Shown: positions 1 through 14,498 of the stretch, in pieces
How the letters are laid out: every line of letters starts with the position of its first letter
Numbering within the stretch: position 1 is the first letter of the stretch
Assembly (NCBI RefSeq): GCF_009914755.1
Contig: NC_060935.1
DNA length: 64,000 bases
Reading direction: 5' to 3' (one strand)
DNA from: the human T2T-CHM13v2.0 reference genome, Homo sapiens
Position numbers and translations under genes: made by a program
Notes under the pieces: generated by a model
Told to the model about the DNA's origin: nothing
What the model saw: only the letters and a program-made list of their open reading frames with translations
Database searches by the model: none

Positions 1-1310
1 CCCTGCCTCCTGACAGGCCCCAATGTGCATTGTTCCCCTCTCTGTGTCCATGTGTTCTCATTGTTTAGCTCTTACTTACAAGTGAGAACATTGGATATTT
101 GGTTATCTGTTCTTGGGTTAGTTTGCTGAGGATAATGGCTTCCAGCTCTATCCATGTCCCTGCAAAGAACACTAATTCCTTCCTTTTATGGCTGCATAGT
201 ATTCCATGGTATGTATGTACCATATTTTCTTTATCCAGTCTCTCATTTATGGGAATTTGGGTTGATTCCATGTCTTTGCTATTGTGAATAGTGCTGCAAT
301 GAACATACACATGCATGTATATTTATAATAGAATTATTTATATTCCTTTGGATATATACCCAGTAATAAGATTGCTGGGTCAAATGATATTTCCATTTCT
401 AGGTCTTTGAGGACTCGCCACACTGTCTTCCACAATGGTTGAACTAATTTACATTCCCACCAACAGTATAAAAGTGTTCCTATTTCTCCACAGCCTCGCC
501 AGCATCTGTTGTTTCTTGACTTTTTAATAATTGCCATTCTGACTAGCATGAGATGGTATCTCATTGTGATTTTTTATTTGCATTTCTCTAATAATTAGTG
601 ATGTTGAGCTTTTTTTCATATGTTTGTTGGCCATACAAATGTCTTCTTTTGAGAAGTGTCTGTTCATGTCATTTGCCCACTTTTAGATAGGGTTGTTTGT
701 TTTTTTCTTGTAAATTTGTTTAAGTTACCTTTGTCAGATAGATAGATTGCAAAAATTTTCTCCCATTCTGTAGGTTGTCTGTTCATTCTAATGATAGCTT
801 CTTTTGCAGAATCTCTTTAGTTTAATTAGATCCCATTTGCCAATGTTTGCTTTTGTTGCAATTGCTTTTGACGTTTTCATCATGAAATCTTTGCCGGTGC
901 CTATGTCCTAAATGGCATTGCCTAGATTTTCTTCTAGGATTTTTATAGTTTGGGGCTTTACATTTAAATCTTTAATCCATCTTGAGTTAATTTTTGTATA
1001 AAGTTTAAGGAACTGGTCCATTTTCAATTTTCTGTATATGGCTAGCCAGTTTTCCCAGCACCATTTATTAGATAGGGAATCCTTTCCCCATTGCTTGTCT
1101 TTATCAGGTTTGTCAAAGATTCAATGGTTGTAGATGTGCAGTCTTATTTCTGAGATCTCTATTGTGTTCTATTGGTCTACGTGTCTGTTTTTGTACAAGT
1201 ACCATGTTGTTTTGGTTACCATAGACTTGTAGTATAGTTTGAAGTCAGGGAGTGTAATGCCTCCGGCTTTGTTCTTTTTGCTTAGGATTGTCTTGACTAT
1301 ACTAGCTCCT
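1..1310 (-). mobile_element. L1PA-type LINE-1, 3' part of ORF2 and 3'UTR (runs off the window)
   Basis: Minus-strand ORF2 C-terminal peptides ([15 protein letters not shown]..., WIELEAIILSKLTQ), frame-disrupted. Confidence 0.9.
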
Positions 1311-2794
1311 TGATTTTAACCATGCCATTCCTTTACCAGTTCAGGACCTGCCTCCATTTCACAGTTTGGTGTCCTTTTTGATCACCACACCCTGAATTCC
1401 CCTTGCTATCTTCTATCTGAACCCATTGCTCCTATAAAATTCCTGTTTCTCCTCTTGAATAAATTAAACCTTGCAGCCCACATTGGGTGTAATTTATTTG
1501 CCATCATCTCAGGGAAGTATATCCCAGGTTCCCACCTCCAGATAATTACCCTTTCATTTCAGGCACTCACAGTGGAATTGTCCCACACAACTATTTCTGC
1601 TGGTAAATCTCTCTCTCTGGCCACTTGTAACGCATTCACTTTTCCATTGATGTAGGTCAATTGGATAAGTAGATATTTGATTTGATTGTTCATATAACAG
1701 AATTAATTATTTCCTCCATATCTGGAAGAACATAAACAATGCATAGGAAAGCAGAGATCCCTTCTCAGGTTTCCTGGGTTCTTCATCCTCTAAATTCATT
1801 CCCATCCACGGCCAATAAAACGTAGAATGACTCCTACAAATCATATATACAGGTACTCAGAGAGAGAGAGTTGAAATTTGCTGAGTGCTTACTAAATTTC
1901 AAGTTCTATTCTGAACATTTCATACATGTTAAGCCATTGAATCCCTATTGACACAGCCATTGAGTGGAAGCTGACTCAGCATGGCTCCTGAGACTAAACT
2001 CATAAACACTTTGTGACATTTCCCCCAAGTGGGCCCCTGATTAGGTTGAAGTGGGGAGGTTTTATAGTGGCAGCCAAATATACCACCCAGGGAAAATACT
2101 AGAGAAACTCAACATATGCCTCCCATTTCTGTCTACTGGAAGTATCCCATGCCTCCATTTTTCTATTGCACATCTTCCAAAATGTAGGCCCAGAAGCAGA
2201 GGCCACAGCTATGCCTAGAACTACAGAACAACTGCCACTGGGGTCAGGCTAGTGTATGAAACTGCAACAATTAGGCCAGTAAAATTTTAGGAATGAAAAG
2301 TTGACACTATATCTGTATATTAAGGGATACTTGCTTTACAGAAATATCAGCAAATGAATCAAAAATTTACAGGCATTTTACCATTACAAGGGAAATTCAA
2401 GAAAGAATATGAGAAGGAGAGATTGTCTGATCCTCACCCCTATTTGGTTGCAGTTACATCATTAGCTTCTTCAGGCATTATTGGGTAGTAGAGAACAGCA
2501 GGAAGCAGGGAGACAAAAATCAAAATATCAGTTTAATAATGTTAAATCGACAGATAATGTTCTGTTGGAGGACATGGCTTTGATCTGGTCCTGTGGCTGC
2601 CCCACAGTGTACACCAGAATTAGACAGGCTAACCCAGGAGAAGCAGGCTTGCCCTGTTGCACTAATTGCGTAGATGAGAGAAAATCAGACTACATGCTCC
2701 CTGCAGGGAGACAGATCCCAAAGAAAGAGAAGGAAGATCAGAAGGCCAAGTTCTCCTGCCTAATTTTTTTCCCAGATTCACCACTCCTTTAAAT

Positions 2795-3006
2795 CAGGGG
2801 TGTCCAATCTTTTGGCTTCCCTGGGCAACATTGGAAGAATTTGTCTTGGGCCACACAAAAAAACACACTAATGATAGCTGATGAGCTTTAAAAAAATCAC
2901 AAAAAAACTCTTAATGTGTTAAGGAAGTTTACAAATTTGTATTGGTCCACATTCAAAGCCGTCCTGGGCCGCATGAAGCCCACGGGCTGTGGGTTGTGCA
3001 AGCTTG
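2795..3006 (+). mobile_element. MER30 (hAT-Charlie MITE)
   Basis: caggggtgtccaatcttttggcttccctggg...gcaagcttg; 8-bp TSD ctttaaat/ctttacat. Confidence 0.85.
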
Positions 3007-3868
3007 CTTTACATCACTCCTACCTTCCTAGAAAGGACTGAGTGAAGGAGGAGGCACAAAACCTGCATGCCATTTCAGCGTAAGTCCCTCTCCAGGAAAA
3101 CAGGAGGAAAAGGGAAGGAACTCCCCATACACATACTAAGATCTTTAAGGTTACTTCACTCTGATCCTCTAAGAAGTCCTAAACTGAAGTTCCATCCACG
3201 ACTATGAGGGGCCACTAGACCAGGAGCCTCATCTAGTGGAATCCAATTTGTCAGTATCTCCAGGTCTCAGTCAAGGCCTCTTTATGATGATGTTGGTCTC
3301 ATCCAATGCTTGGATCTTACAGGATTATTATGAGCCCAAAAAAAGAAAATTGATTTTTAGAAATCTCTTAGAAAAAATTTAAAACATTATATAAATACCA
3401 GGGATTCCTGTTATTATCAAATGCCACTTCCCCCAAGGAAGCATTCCCAGACTCCCTGGACCTCACTAAATCCCTGGGCCAATCTCGCCCCATTCTTGCC
3501 CTTTGGTGTGAATCATCACAGTTGTAAGTTCATGCTTGAGGGTGGGGTCACATCTGTCTCTTCACAAATATATTCTCAGCATCTAGAACTGCCTGATATA
3601 CAAAACGCAATAAATATGCATTTTTGGTCAATTATTATAATTGATCTGTTGGAAAAAAATCAATTATGTGACCCAAATTGTGACCATTGTCACATGAAAT
3701 TGACTCTTGAACTATAATATTGTTGATGAAATTTCTGTAATCGTTATCATACAAGGACTTTGCATCAAATTTGATGTTGATATAATTTAGAGAAGGAGCC
3801 TTTGGAGATTCCTCAGACTTCCCTGTACACAGTTTCATCACCTCCTTATTAGATGTGCTATCATAATG

Positions 3869-4335
3869 GGTGTGTGTGTGTGTGTGTGAAAAGGAGAGAA
3901 AAAACATGCACACGTGTTGCTTAGTAACTTTTTAATAACTCCCATTGCATCTGCAACTGCCAACTTCTCCACTGAAAATATATTTCCTACAAATATCCAA
4001 TATTACTCCCTATGCTAATCATTATAGTAGACTTCTTATTCAGCATCAGTTAGGAACAGTGTAAACTGTTCATGTGTTTGGGTGAAGAAGGGCAGAGCAG
4101 TGATGATGGGGAAGTTGTCAGGCTCACTTTACCAATGCAAAGGTAGGTGAGGGCGTCCTGAAAATTTTGCACACCTACAAACTTATGATTTCAATAGTGT
4201 CTCTGAAAGGCAAAATGTCCATTTGCAATTCTGGAAGTATATGTCATCTTGAACTAGAAGCTTCAGGCTGATTAAGATCTCCTACTTCTAACCTAAAATA
4301 CTGGGCTTCCTAAGACACATTCAAATAAGGTAATT
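3869..4335 (+). promoter_or_regulatory. Putative OR4D6 promoter/first-exon module (copy 1)
   Basis: (GT)n, then AACTTTTTAATAACTCCCATTGCA at 3926-3949 (homeodomain TAAT + O/E-like TCCC), atccaat, and a candidate donor aag|gtaatt at 4330. Homologous to four other copies. Confidence 0.55.
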
Positions 4336-6675
4336 TTTCAAAAATTAAAACTCATTCCATAAACATTACTAAGCCCCTACCATGTGTAAAAAAATAATAA
4401 CTAGCATGATCTCTTTCTTAAAAGGTGATTAAAAGTTAGATGGCAGCAAAAAGACAACTATATAATGATATTAGGATTATGATAATATTAATACCCTACA
4501 TTTGTATAATGCTTTGAAGTTTGCAGTATTCTCTCATATGCATTAAGCCATTTAATTGACTTATACAGCAACATAAGTGAATAGGGGATGTAAGATGAGG
4601 CTGAAAATGGCGTAAAGGAAAACAAATACTTGTTGGGGAACTACTGCACATCAGGAGTTGCAAATGGACACCCCTTTGTTCATTCATCTTCAAAAAGAAT
4701 TATTGAATAACTGCTATGTTCCAGGTAGGAGCTGGGGATACAATAGTGACAAAAGAAATCCTTGCCTTCAGGGAGTTTACATTGGGAGGAAAAGGCAGAC
4801 ACACATAGACCCATAAAGGCAAGGAGTAAAAAGTGCTAGATTATCACAAGCAAGCCTCACTATGCAAAGTAAGGTGTATGTTCCCCATTTCATGGAATAA
4901 GGTCCTGGGGTTCATAAAGGTTAACTTGCTCCAGGTCACAAGAGCCACAGTTTAAAATACTGGAACCTGACTTCGAAGGCTGTGCTCTTTTGAACAAGCT
5001 AATTCTATGTTCAATCATGCAACCCTGAGGTTACAAAATAGAAAGGCTATCGTTTGATCCTGACCTCACATTGAGCCTGATAGTCCAGAACCTTCTAAGG
5101 TGATTGACCAGAAGAGTAGGTGGAATAATGTTAATCTGAAAGAGAAGTCAACAGTAAGTAGATTTGACCTCAGTTCCCAGAGACCTGAGTTGGCTGATTC
5201 CAGGTTCTCCTCTGGGTGCCTCCAGCCAATGCCTCATGGAGCCATAACACACCAAAAGAAAAATTAGAGCTGTCTTTCCCACACACCCTTTTCCATAATA
5301 AGTCAGCTTCTTAGAACAATTTTAAAAACAAAAAACAGAAAAATACAAGATACATAATATCAGAGCTCAAATTAATGGAGAACTTTTTACTTCAAATTGT
5401 AAATAGGTATAATACTTTTTCTGATTTTCATAATCAGAAGCCATTTAAAATCATTTTTTTAATTAGACACAACAGAACGTCTTTTTAAAATAAAAATGCC
5501 AAAATCCAATTACCAACAGATAATGGCTACTACTGTTGTGATATATTAATACATCTTTTCAGACTTCTAGCCATGTAGATATTTTTCCCAAAAATAACAT
5601 CATGTGACATATTCAGTGTTTTAATCTGTCACTAAAAAGAAATCTTTCCATGTTTAAAAGTACAATTCTACGTTATCACTTTGAATGTCTGCAAATACTT
5701 AATTGTACTATTGTGCCATATTTATTGAACAAATTTTCTATATCAGACGCTAACTTAAATTCTAATTTCTACTATTTGAAACAGCAATGTGATGAGCTTT
5801 GTTTATATTTAGGACATTAAACATTTGGTTTATTAACTCTTTAGCATAAATTCCTAAAGTAGAAATTTTGAGTCACGGGGTTTGTACATATTACATTTTG
5901 ACACATATTTCCAGAATGACCCCAGAAATGCTGCCTATGTGTGCACTCCTATTAATCATATGAAAGTGTCACTTTCCCCACATCTATGCCAACAGTGGAC
6001 TTTTCAACATTGGTTAATCTTCTAGATGAGAAATGATACCTCATTGTAATTTAATTTGTATTTCCTTTTTTCTTTCTTTCTTTCCCTTTTTTAATAGAGA
6101 CAGGATCTTCCTATGTTGCCCAGGCTGGTCTCAAACTCATGAGCTCAAGAGATCCTCCCTCCTTGGCCTCCTAATATATTTATCTGATCAATAGTTGATT
6201 GACTGTCTTTTCACATGTGGGCTAACCAACTGTATTTTTCTGTGAATCATGACTCATTTTTGTTTTAAAGTATCAAAATGTCTGTGTCTTACAGATTTAT
6301 AAGAGTTCTTTATATAGCAAAGATGTTAAGCTTGTTTTACATGTTTTTAGATATTTTCCCAAGTTTTTTATTTATAGTTTTAGGCTTATTTATAATGCTT
6401 TTAAAATGTAAAAGTTTTATATTTTTACTTAGTCAAATATAATAATTATTGGTGTAATGCTCCTCTACTCCAAAAATTATGAAAACACTTACCTAAGTTT
6501 TATTCTAATATTTTAATTGTTTTATATTTTGGTATTTATATTATTAAGGTGATAAAATCTTCTTGTCTTCCATTTCTGTAAGAAGTTAAAGAGTGTTGCA
6601 ATTTATTTCAACTCATGGTATCTATATATAAAAAGAAATTAAACATTCAAACACAATTAGAATTGGGCTGTGTCC

Positions 6676-6957
6676 TTTTTTTTTTTTGGAGACAGGTTCT
6701 CGCTCCATCACCCAGACTGGAGTACAGTGGTGCAATCACAGTTCACTGAAGAGTTTCGATGTCCCAGGCAGAATTGATCTGCCCAGTTCAGCCTCCTGCA
6801 TATCTGAGACTACAGCATACACCACCACCAGGCCCAGCTAATATTTTTTGTAGAGACAGGGTTTCAGGCTGGTCTCAAACTCCTGGCCTCAAGTGATCTG
6901 CCCACCTCCATCTCCCAAATTGCTGGGATTAAAGGTGTGAGCCACCACACCCAGTCT
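6676..6957 (-). mobile_element. Old Alu (AluJ-like)
   Basis: T-tail followed by diverged reverse-complement Alu. Confidence 0.85.
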
Positions 6958-6960
6958 GTT

Positions 6961-7955
6961 TCTTTTTTTTTTTTTTTTTCACTTTTATTTTAAGTTCAGG
7001 GGTGTAAGTGCAGGTTTGTTACATAGGTAAACTTGTTGTACAGATTATTTCATCACCAAGGTATTAAGCCTAGTGTCCATTAGTTATTTTTCCTGATCAT
7101 CTCTCTCCTCCCACCCTCCACTCTCCAAAAGGTCCCAGTATGTGTTGTTCCCCTCTGTGTTTTCCTGTGTTCTCATCACTTAGCTCCCACTTATAAGTGA
7201 AAACACGCAGTATTTGGTTTTTCTCTTCCTGCGTTAGTTTGCTAAGGATAATGGCCTCCAGTTCCACCCATGTCTCTGCAAAGGACATGATCTCATTCTT
7301 TTTTATAGCTGCATAGTAATCCATGGTGTATATGTACCACATTTTCTTAACTCAATCTATCATTGATGGGCATTTAGGTTGATTCCATGTCTTTGCTATT
7401 GTGAATAGTGTTGCAGTGAACATACACGTGCATGTGTTTACAATATGATGATTTATATTTCTTTGGGTGTATACCTAGTAATAGAATTGCTGGATGAAAT
7501 GGTATTTCTGTCTTTAGATCTTTGAGAAATCGCCACACTGTCTTCCACAATGGCTGAACTAATTTACATTCCCACCAATAGTTTATAAGCATACTTTTTC
7601 TCCACAACCTTGCCAACATCTGTTATTTTTTGACTTTTTAATAGTAGCCATTCTGACTGGTATTAGGTGGTATTTCATTGTGGTTTTGATTTGCATTTCT
7701 GTAATGATCAGTAATGTTTAGCTTTTTTTCACGATTGTTGGCTGCATGTGCATCCTCTTTTGAAAAGTGTCTGTTCACGTCTTTGCCTGTTTTTTTATGG
7801 AGTTGTTTGGTTTTTTCTTGTAAATTTATTTAAGTTCCTTATAGATGCTGGATATTAGACCTCTGTTGGATGCATAGTTTGCAAAAAATTTTCTTCCATT
7901 CTGCAGGTTGTCTGTTTACTCTGTTGGTCGTTTCTTTTGCTGTGCGGCAGCTATT
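6961..7955 (-). mobile_element. 5'-truncated L1PA (older subfamily)
   Basis: T-tail, L1 3'UTR and ORF2 C-terminal peptides (MWYIYTMDYYAAIKK). Confidence 0.9.
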
Positions 7956-8558
7956 TACAATACCTTTATCATCAGTTAAAATTAGAAAACTAACGTGGCA
8001 TTTGAACTAGTAAGTTCATTTCTGGGAATGTATCTTAAAAAGAAATCATAGATGCACATGAAAATGCATTTACAAAATGTTAAGTGCAGGATTATTCAAA
8101 AATACTAATCAGGGACCGACTAGGCAACTGAAGAGATCAAGGTATGGCTTTTGTAGCCCCTCACTTCCTGTACATTCTACAAGCCTGACTCAAAATGCCA
8201 CCCACTCACCCTGGTTTCCATACTTTCTATCTTAAGTCCTGAGTCCCAAACTGCTGTGCTCTCCTGGCTGGTGTCTCGTTCCATTTTAGCCATCATGACT
8301 GACGCTTATTCTTCACCTGCCTGATTCCCACATACCTATGAAAACCTCTCTCTACCTTAGTAACCAATGTATTTCCCATCACATTCCACAAGGGATCAGG
8401 GAGATCTTGCAGCAATAACAAAGAACTACCTACAGTAAAACAATAGAATGTAAATAAGGAACTGTTAAGAGGCTACATGTGAAAAATTATGGAGTAGAAA
8501 ATTAAGTCACTCATACGTTTTTGAATGTATGAAAGCCAAAGCAAAGATACATAGTCAG

Positions 8559-8839
8559 GGCCTGGCGCGGTGGCTCACGCCTGTAATCCCAGCACTTTGG
8601 GAGGCTGAAGTGGGTAGATCACCTGAGGTCAGGAGTTCCGGACCAGCCTGGCCAACATTGCAAAACCCTGTCTCTATTAAAAATACAGAAATTAGCCAGG
8701 CATGGTGGCGCGTGCCTGCAATCCCAGCTACTTGGGAGGATGAAGCAGGAGAATTGCTTGAACTGGGAGGCGGAGGTTGCAGTCAGCCAAGATCGCACCA
8801 CTGCACTCCAGCCTGGGCAACAGAGCAAGACTCTGTCTT

Positions 8840-8870
<31 letters not shown>
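8559..8870 (+). mobile_element. AluS with tail converted to (CA)n
   Basis: Full Alu; TSD caaagatac(a/g)(t/c)agtcag at 8542-8558 and 8869-8885. Confidence 0.93.
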
Positions 8871-8872
<2 letters not shown>

Positions 8873-9346
8873 GATACGCAGTCAGTTACACAATTCTTAT
8901 TGCCTCAAAAAAGAACGCACATTGATGTCCCACGGGAGCTCTGCCTTGCACTTGGGTCTAGGATAACTGTCTTCTTTGGAGTCTCCTGGGAAGAACCAAA
9001 TAGATCTTGGCCTGAGTACAATCCAAAGATGGATGCTTCTCCTTGTAGACACTCTAATAAAAGGCAATAACATAATTCCAAATACATTGTACCAGTTAGT
9101 GTGTTACTGGATGCTGGCATATTAAAGTAAGATTTCTTTTGGGCTGTATACCTTAAATATGTGCAATTTTTAAAAGACTGTAAAAAGTTTTTTAATTAAA
9201 AATAAATAAATAAAAATAAAAGAGGCAACTCACTTCCACAGGAATGAAATTATTCTAATGGTGGAAACATCAGGGATCTAAGAAGATCACAAGATTTTTG
9301 TTTAAGAGGAATTCTGTATGTTCTAACCCCTCAAACTAAACTATAA

Positions 9347-9869
<523 letters not shown>

Positions 9870-9894
9870 CCTTAAATTTTTTAAAATCATCTAG

Positions 9895-10268
<374 letters not shown>

Positions 10269-10824
10269 TTCATACAGATATTCTTACTGAAAGAAGTTTG
10301 TCCTCATATGACTGAATTTCTGATTTGGGAAAAAGAAGTATCAATATAGTAAATTGCTATTATATAGCAATAGTAGAATATCCCTGGAATTTGAGTCAAC
10401 AAACCTGTTTACAGTTCTCTATATTTCACCAATTCAAACTCTGATTCTGAAAAAAATAAATGTCCTTCTCTAGTCACTTCTAAAGTAAGAAACATTAGAC
10501 TAATTTATCTCTGAAGTCCTGTGACGCTCTAATGATCAGTTTTTCTGTGATACTAAAACATGCCCTGAACAATGACTGTGGCTCTATACAAAGAGCCCTG
10601 TGTGTCAATAGCAAGGTCCAGGCTTCCCAGAGTGCCAAAGAGGAGTACTTATGAGGGCCTGACCCTTCTCTTTTTATAAGGGATGAGACAAGGATTAGGT
10701 AGTCAAACTACTTAATAAACTGTTTAAGCCTTATATACACACTAGAATTCTGGTAAGCCAAAGTAAGCCCCAGACTCTCTGATTTCTCAGAGTTGTACAG
10801 TGGAAAAACCTCTGGAGACTGTTA

Positions 10825-11305
10825 TGTTAAAGAAAAATTATTCACCAGACAATTATTAAAGACAGGAAGATAGATTTCATTTAAAACTCTTGCAATAGAA
10901 GAAAAAGATTGAGCTCAACTCGAAATATAGTGAAAACAAGTGAAGATTTATAAGCAATGAGCAGAGTGAGGGAGGTCAGTGGATTGAAAATTACTAAGAA
11001 GTGATATCAAAGGTAGGGTGGTTCTTGCTAAACTGGCATAAAAGAATTCTTGCTAAAGACTGGCCAAGGACTTAGATATTGAGGGTGAGGGATGAGGTTA
11101 AAAATAATAAATATATAAAAGGGTAAGGGGTGAGGAATTTGATTAGATTTCAAGGGTGTGGAATTCTCATTAAACTGACTTGGCAAGATTCCTGTTAAAA
11201 TTGGGCTCAGCAAAGACAGACACAGAAGGTCAAGGTTGAGTCATAGTCAAGAAAAGGGCTCAGAGGAGCCTAACCAACATTTGGTCAAGGAGGGAATCTT
11301 TCTCA
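10825..11305 (-). mobile_element. MER31-like ERV1 solo LTR
   Basis: TG...CA ends; reverse complement starts tgagaaagattccctccttgaccaaatgttggttaggctcctctgagccc, like the MER31 5' end as I recall it. Confidence 0.7.
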
Positions 11306-11747
11306 AGTCAGGAGATTGATTTGTATTTGAATCCTCAATTTACAATTCACTAATTTTGCGACTATGCAGATGTAAGTCATTAACTGCTGTAAAGCTTCAG
11401 TTTCCCCGTATATAAAATGGAGATAACCATACTAAAGACTCTTCAGAAACTTCATGAGAATTGAAATCAGTATGAGCTATTGCAGGTGAAAGCCCTTGGT
11501 AAAGCAGAGGCAAATGGCCATAGTCCATCCATCTCTCTCTGGTCAGAGTGAGGATACAGACATGTGATGGTTTTTTCCTGTTAACCCAAGGTATTTACAA
11601 TAAGAAAGAAGAACCATATGAAAGAAGAATTTCCAGACCACAAAGAGAAGACTGGCCCAGTTTTTCTGTGTAGTCATGATGACCTGGATGCTTGAGAGCA
11701 GTATGTGATCAATGATTTTGCCACCTCATGTCACCATAATCCAAGTT

Positions 11748-11771
11748 CTAACATATCTTCATCAAAGGTAG
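11748..11771 (+). promoter_or_regulatory. Candidate splice acceptor for the OR4D6 coding exon
   Basis: ctaac branch-like motif, short pyrimidine stretch and AG at 11766-11767 or 11770-11771, about 25-30 nt before the ATG. Confidence 0.3.
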
Positions 11772-11796
11772 GACCTGGAAGAGAGTCATCCCCATC

Positions 11797-12741
11797 ATGG
11801 ACCAGATCAACCACACTAATGTGAAGGAGTTTTTCTTCCTGGAACTTACACGTTCCCGAGAGCTGGAGTTTTTCTTGTTTGTGGTCTTCTTTGCTGTGTA
11901 TGTAGCAACAGTCCTGGGAAATGCACTCATTGTGGTCACTATTACCTGTGAGTCCCGCCTACACACTCCTATGTACTTTCTCCTGCGGAACAAATCAGTC
12001 CTGGACATCGTTTTTTCATCTATCACCGTCCCCAAGTTCCTGGTGGATCTTTTATCAGACAGGAAAACCATCTCCTACAATGGCTGCATGGCACAGATCT
12101 TTTTCTTCCACTTTGCTGGTGGGGCAGATATTTTTTTCCTCTCTGTGATGGCCTATGACAGATACCTTGCAATCGCCAAGCCCCTGCACTATGTGACCAT
12201 GATGAGGAAAGAGGTGTGGGTGGCCTTGGTGGTGGCTTCTTGGGTGAGTGGTGGTTTGCATTCAATCATCCAGGTAATTCTGATGCTTCCATTCCCCTTC
12301 TGTGGCCCCAACACACTGGATGCCTTCTACTGTTATGTGCTCCAGGTGGTAAAACTGGCCTGCACTGACACCTTTGCTTTGGAGCTTTTCATGATCTCTA
12401 ACAACGGACTGGTGACCCTGCTCTGGTTCCTCCTGCTCCTGGGCTCCTACACTGTCATTCTGGTGATGCTGAGATCCCACTCTGGGGAGGGGCGGAACAA
12501 GGCCCTCTCCACGTGCACGTCCCACATGCTGGTGGTGACTCTTCACTTCGTGCCTTGTGTTTACATCTACTGCCGGCCCTTCATGACGCTGCCCATGGAC
12601 ACAACCATATCCATTAATAACACGGTCATTACCCCCATGCTGAACCCCATCATCTATTCCCTGAGAAATCAAGAGATGAAGTCAGCCATGCAGAGGCTGC
12701 AGAGGAGACTTGGGCCTTCCGAGAGCAGAAAATGGGGGTGA
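11797..12741 (+). CDS. OR4D6: Olfactory receptor 4D6 (314 aa, class II OR, 7TM GPCR)
   Basis: Intact ORF with OR motifs [45 protein letters not shown]; N5 glycosylation sequon (NHT); strong Kozak atcATGg. Sequence recognised from memory as OR4D6. Confidence 0.95.
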   Translation: MDQINHTNVKEFFFLELTRSRELEFFLFVVFFAVYVATVLGNALIVVTITCESRLHTPMYFLLRNKSVLDIVFSSITVPKFLVDLLSDRKTISYNGCMAQIFFFHFAGGADIFFLSVMAYDRYLAIAKPLHYVTMMRKEVWVALVVASWVSGGLHSIIQVILMLPFPFCGPNTLDAFYCYVLQVVKLACTDTFALELFMISNNGLVTLLWFLLLLGSYTVILVMLRSHSGEGRNKALSTCTSHMLVVTLHFVPCVYIYCRPFMTLPMDTTISINNTVITPMLNPIIYSLRNQEMKSAMQRLQRRLGPSESRKWG

Positions 12742-13276
12742 GCAGTCAGATGGAGAGTGGAAGTCTGTCTGACTTAGTTTTCTCAAAATGCTAGCCTAAG
12801 AGTAACAGGTCGCTAGCTCTTCTTCCACTACTTCATTGTATATCTTCATAGCCGCTCGATTCTATTAGCGGGAGTATACAAACAAAAAGAAGAAATGAGA
12901 TTAAACAATGTGAGCTATCGAGCTTGTGGACTCAGGAGAAGAAGAGGGTATAAGGTTGAAATCAATACCCTAAATGCTTTTTGGTGTTACCTGTGACTCA
13001 TACCAACACTTATCTCACTTTTAGCACCAGTAATATGGAAATATCATTACTTGCTCACAAGTTTGTCAAAAGAATGAAATGTGATCAATGCTGTGAGGAT
13101 GATAGTTGTGAAGGTTAGTACTGCTCCTGGCATTAATCAGGTATTCAATCAACATTCCCTATTACCTACCCCTCTTTTCCTAAATGTGCATATACACAGA
13201 ATATAGACACATTTATTTCATATATGCTTTCTCTGGTGACTCTGCTATATCCAGTCAATTATTGAAATCACTTGAT

Positions 13277-13603
<327 letters not shown>

Positions 13604-14399
13604 TTGATTTTATATTTTAAGTACAGAATCTTAAGTATATTTCACCAATTAGTGAAAATGGAAGGAATATTTTAAACTGTAAGTCAAATATGTACATGGA
13701 CAAATTTATACATGGACCAAGTATTTCCTGTTCTCAGGTCTAGTCTACTGATTTACCAGCTGAAATTAAAAAGATGCTTGTATAGTTTTGGTACATACAT
13801 GCGCAGAGACAATTTTTTTTATGTTAACCTGAACTTCCTTTTCTTCTTTATACCCTCCTTACATTTCACCCTCAGGGCTTTTATGACTGGAATAAAACCG
13901 TAGTTTTTGTTTATGTATGGGTAGACAATTCAAGACAAATCATGGTGGTTCAAGAAAACAAAACCTGTCTAATAAATACACTTTATGCCTTCATGGCCCA
14001 CTTTTTGTTCCAGGAGAGAAAAGAAACACATTGTATTCGGGGTCATTTGGGAATAGCCACTGGGTCTGTGTTAGAATCCACCTCTCTCTCAAGGGAAGGA
14101 TTCCAAGAGAGTAGATATCTAAAGACAATGAATCCTCCTTCTTCCTCTATACTCACCTCAAATCCACCCTTCAGCCTTCAACAGTCATTCAAAAATTATC
14201 CAAGAGAAGTAAGGAAGCTCAAGAAATTGCAACACATTGAAAAAAGTTTTGCGAGGTACCAAACTGTTATAACGCATTAATATTTGGCCAAGAAGATCCT
14301 AGTAGTTGACATACATCCATGATCCTCCCTGAGTCCTACAAGACAGAGATATTGAGCCAAGACTCCGCATCAGCTCCCCCTGCAGCCCCAAGGGCCTAG

Positions 14400-14498
14400 A
14401 GTCGCAGCTACTCATGGCAAAAGGATCATTTGAACCCAGGAGTTGGAGACCAGCTTGGACAATACTGCAAGACCTTGTTTCCACACACACAAAAAAAA
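14400..14498 (+). mobile_element. FLAM/Alu monomer fragment
   Basis: cagctactc...ggatcatttgaacccaggagttggagaccagcttggac followed by an A-rich tail. Confidence 0.6.

Noticed and set aside
2481-2792. 103-aa ORF with a CCxxC cluster in unique sequence
   Set aside because: TTG start, no recognisable domain or splice context; the length is within chance expectation.
8529-8966. Many 60-150 aa ORFs with [13 protein letters not shown] or [11 protein letters not shown] peptides across the window
   Set aside because: Translations of Alu sequence, not genes.
11748-12672. Antisense and alternate-frame ORFs over the OR genes (e.g. 11748-12071, 12262-12672; also 32613-32873, 46248-46679, 59081-59380)
   Set aside because: Shadows of OR codon structure. 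They recur at equivalent positions in the paralogs, with no independent motifs.
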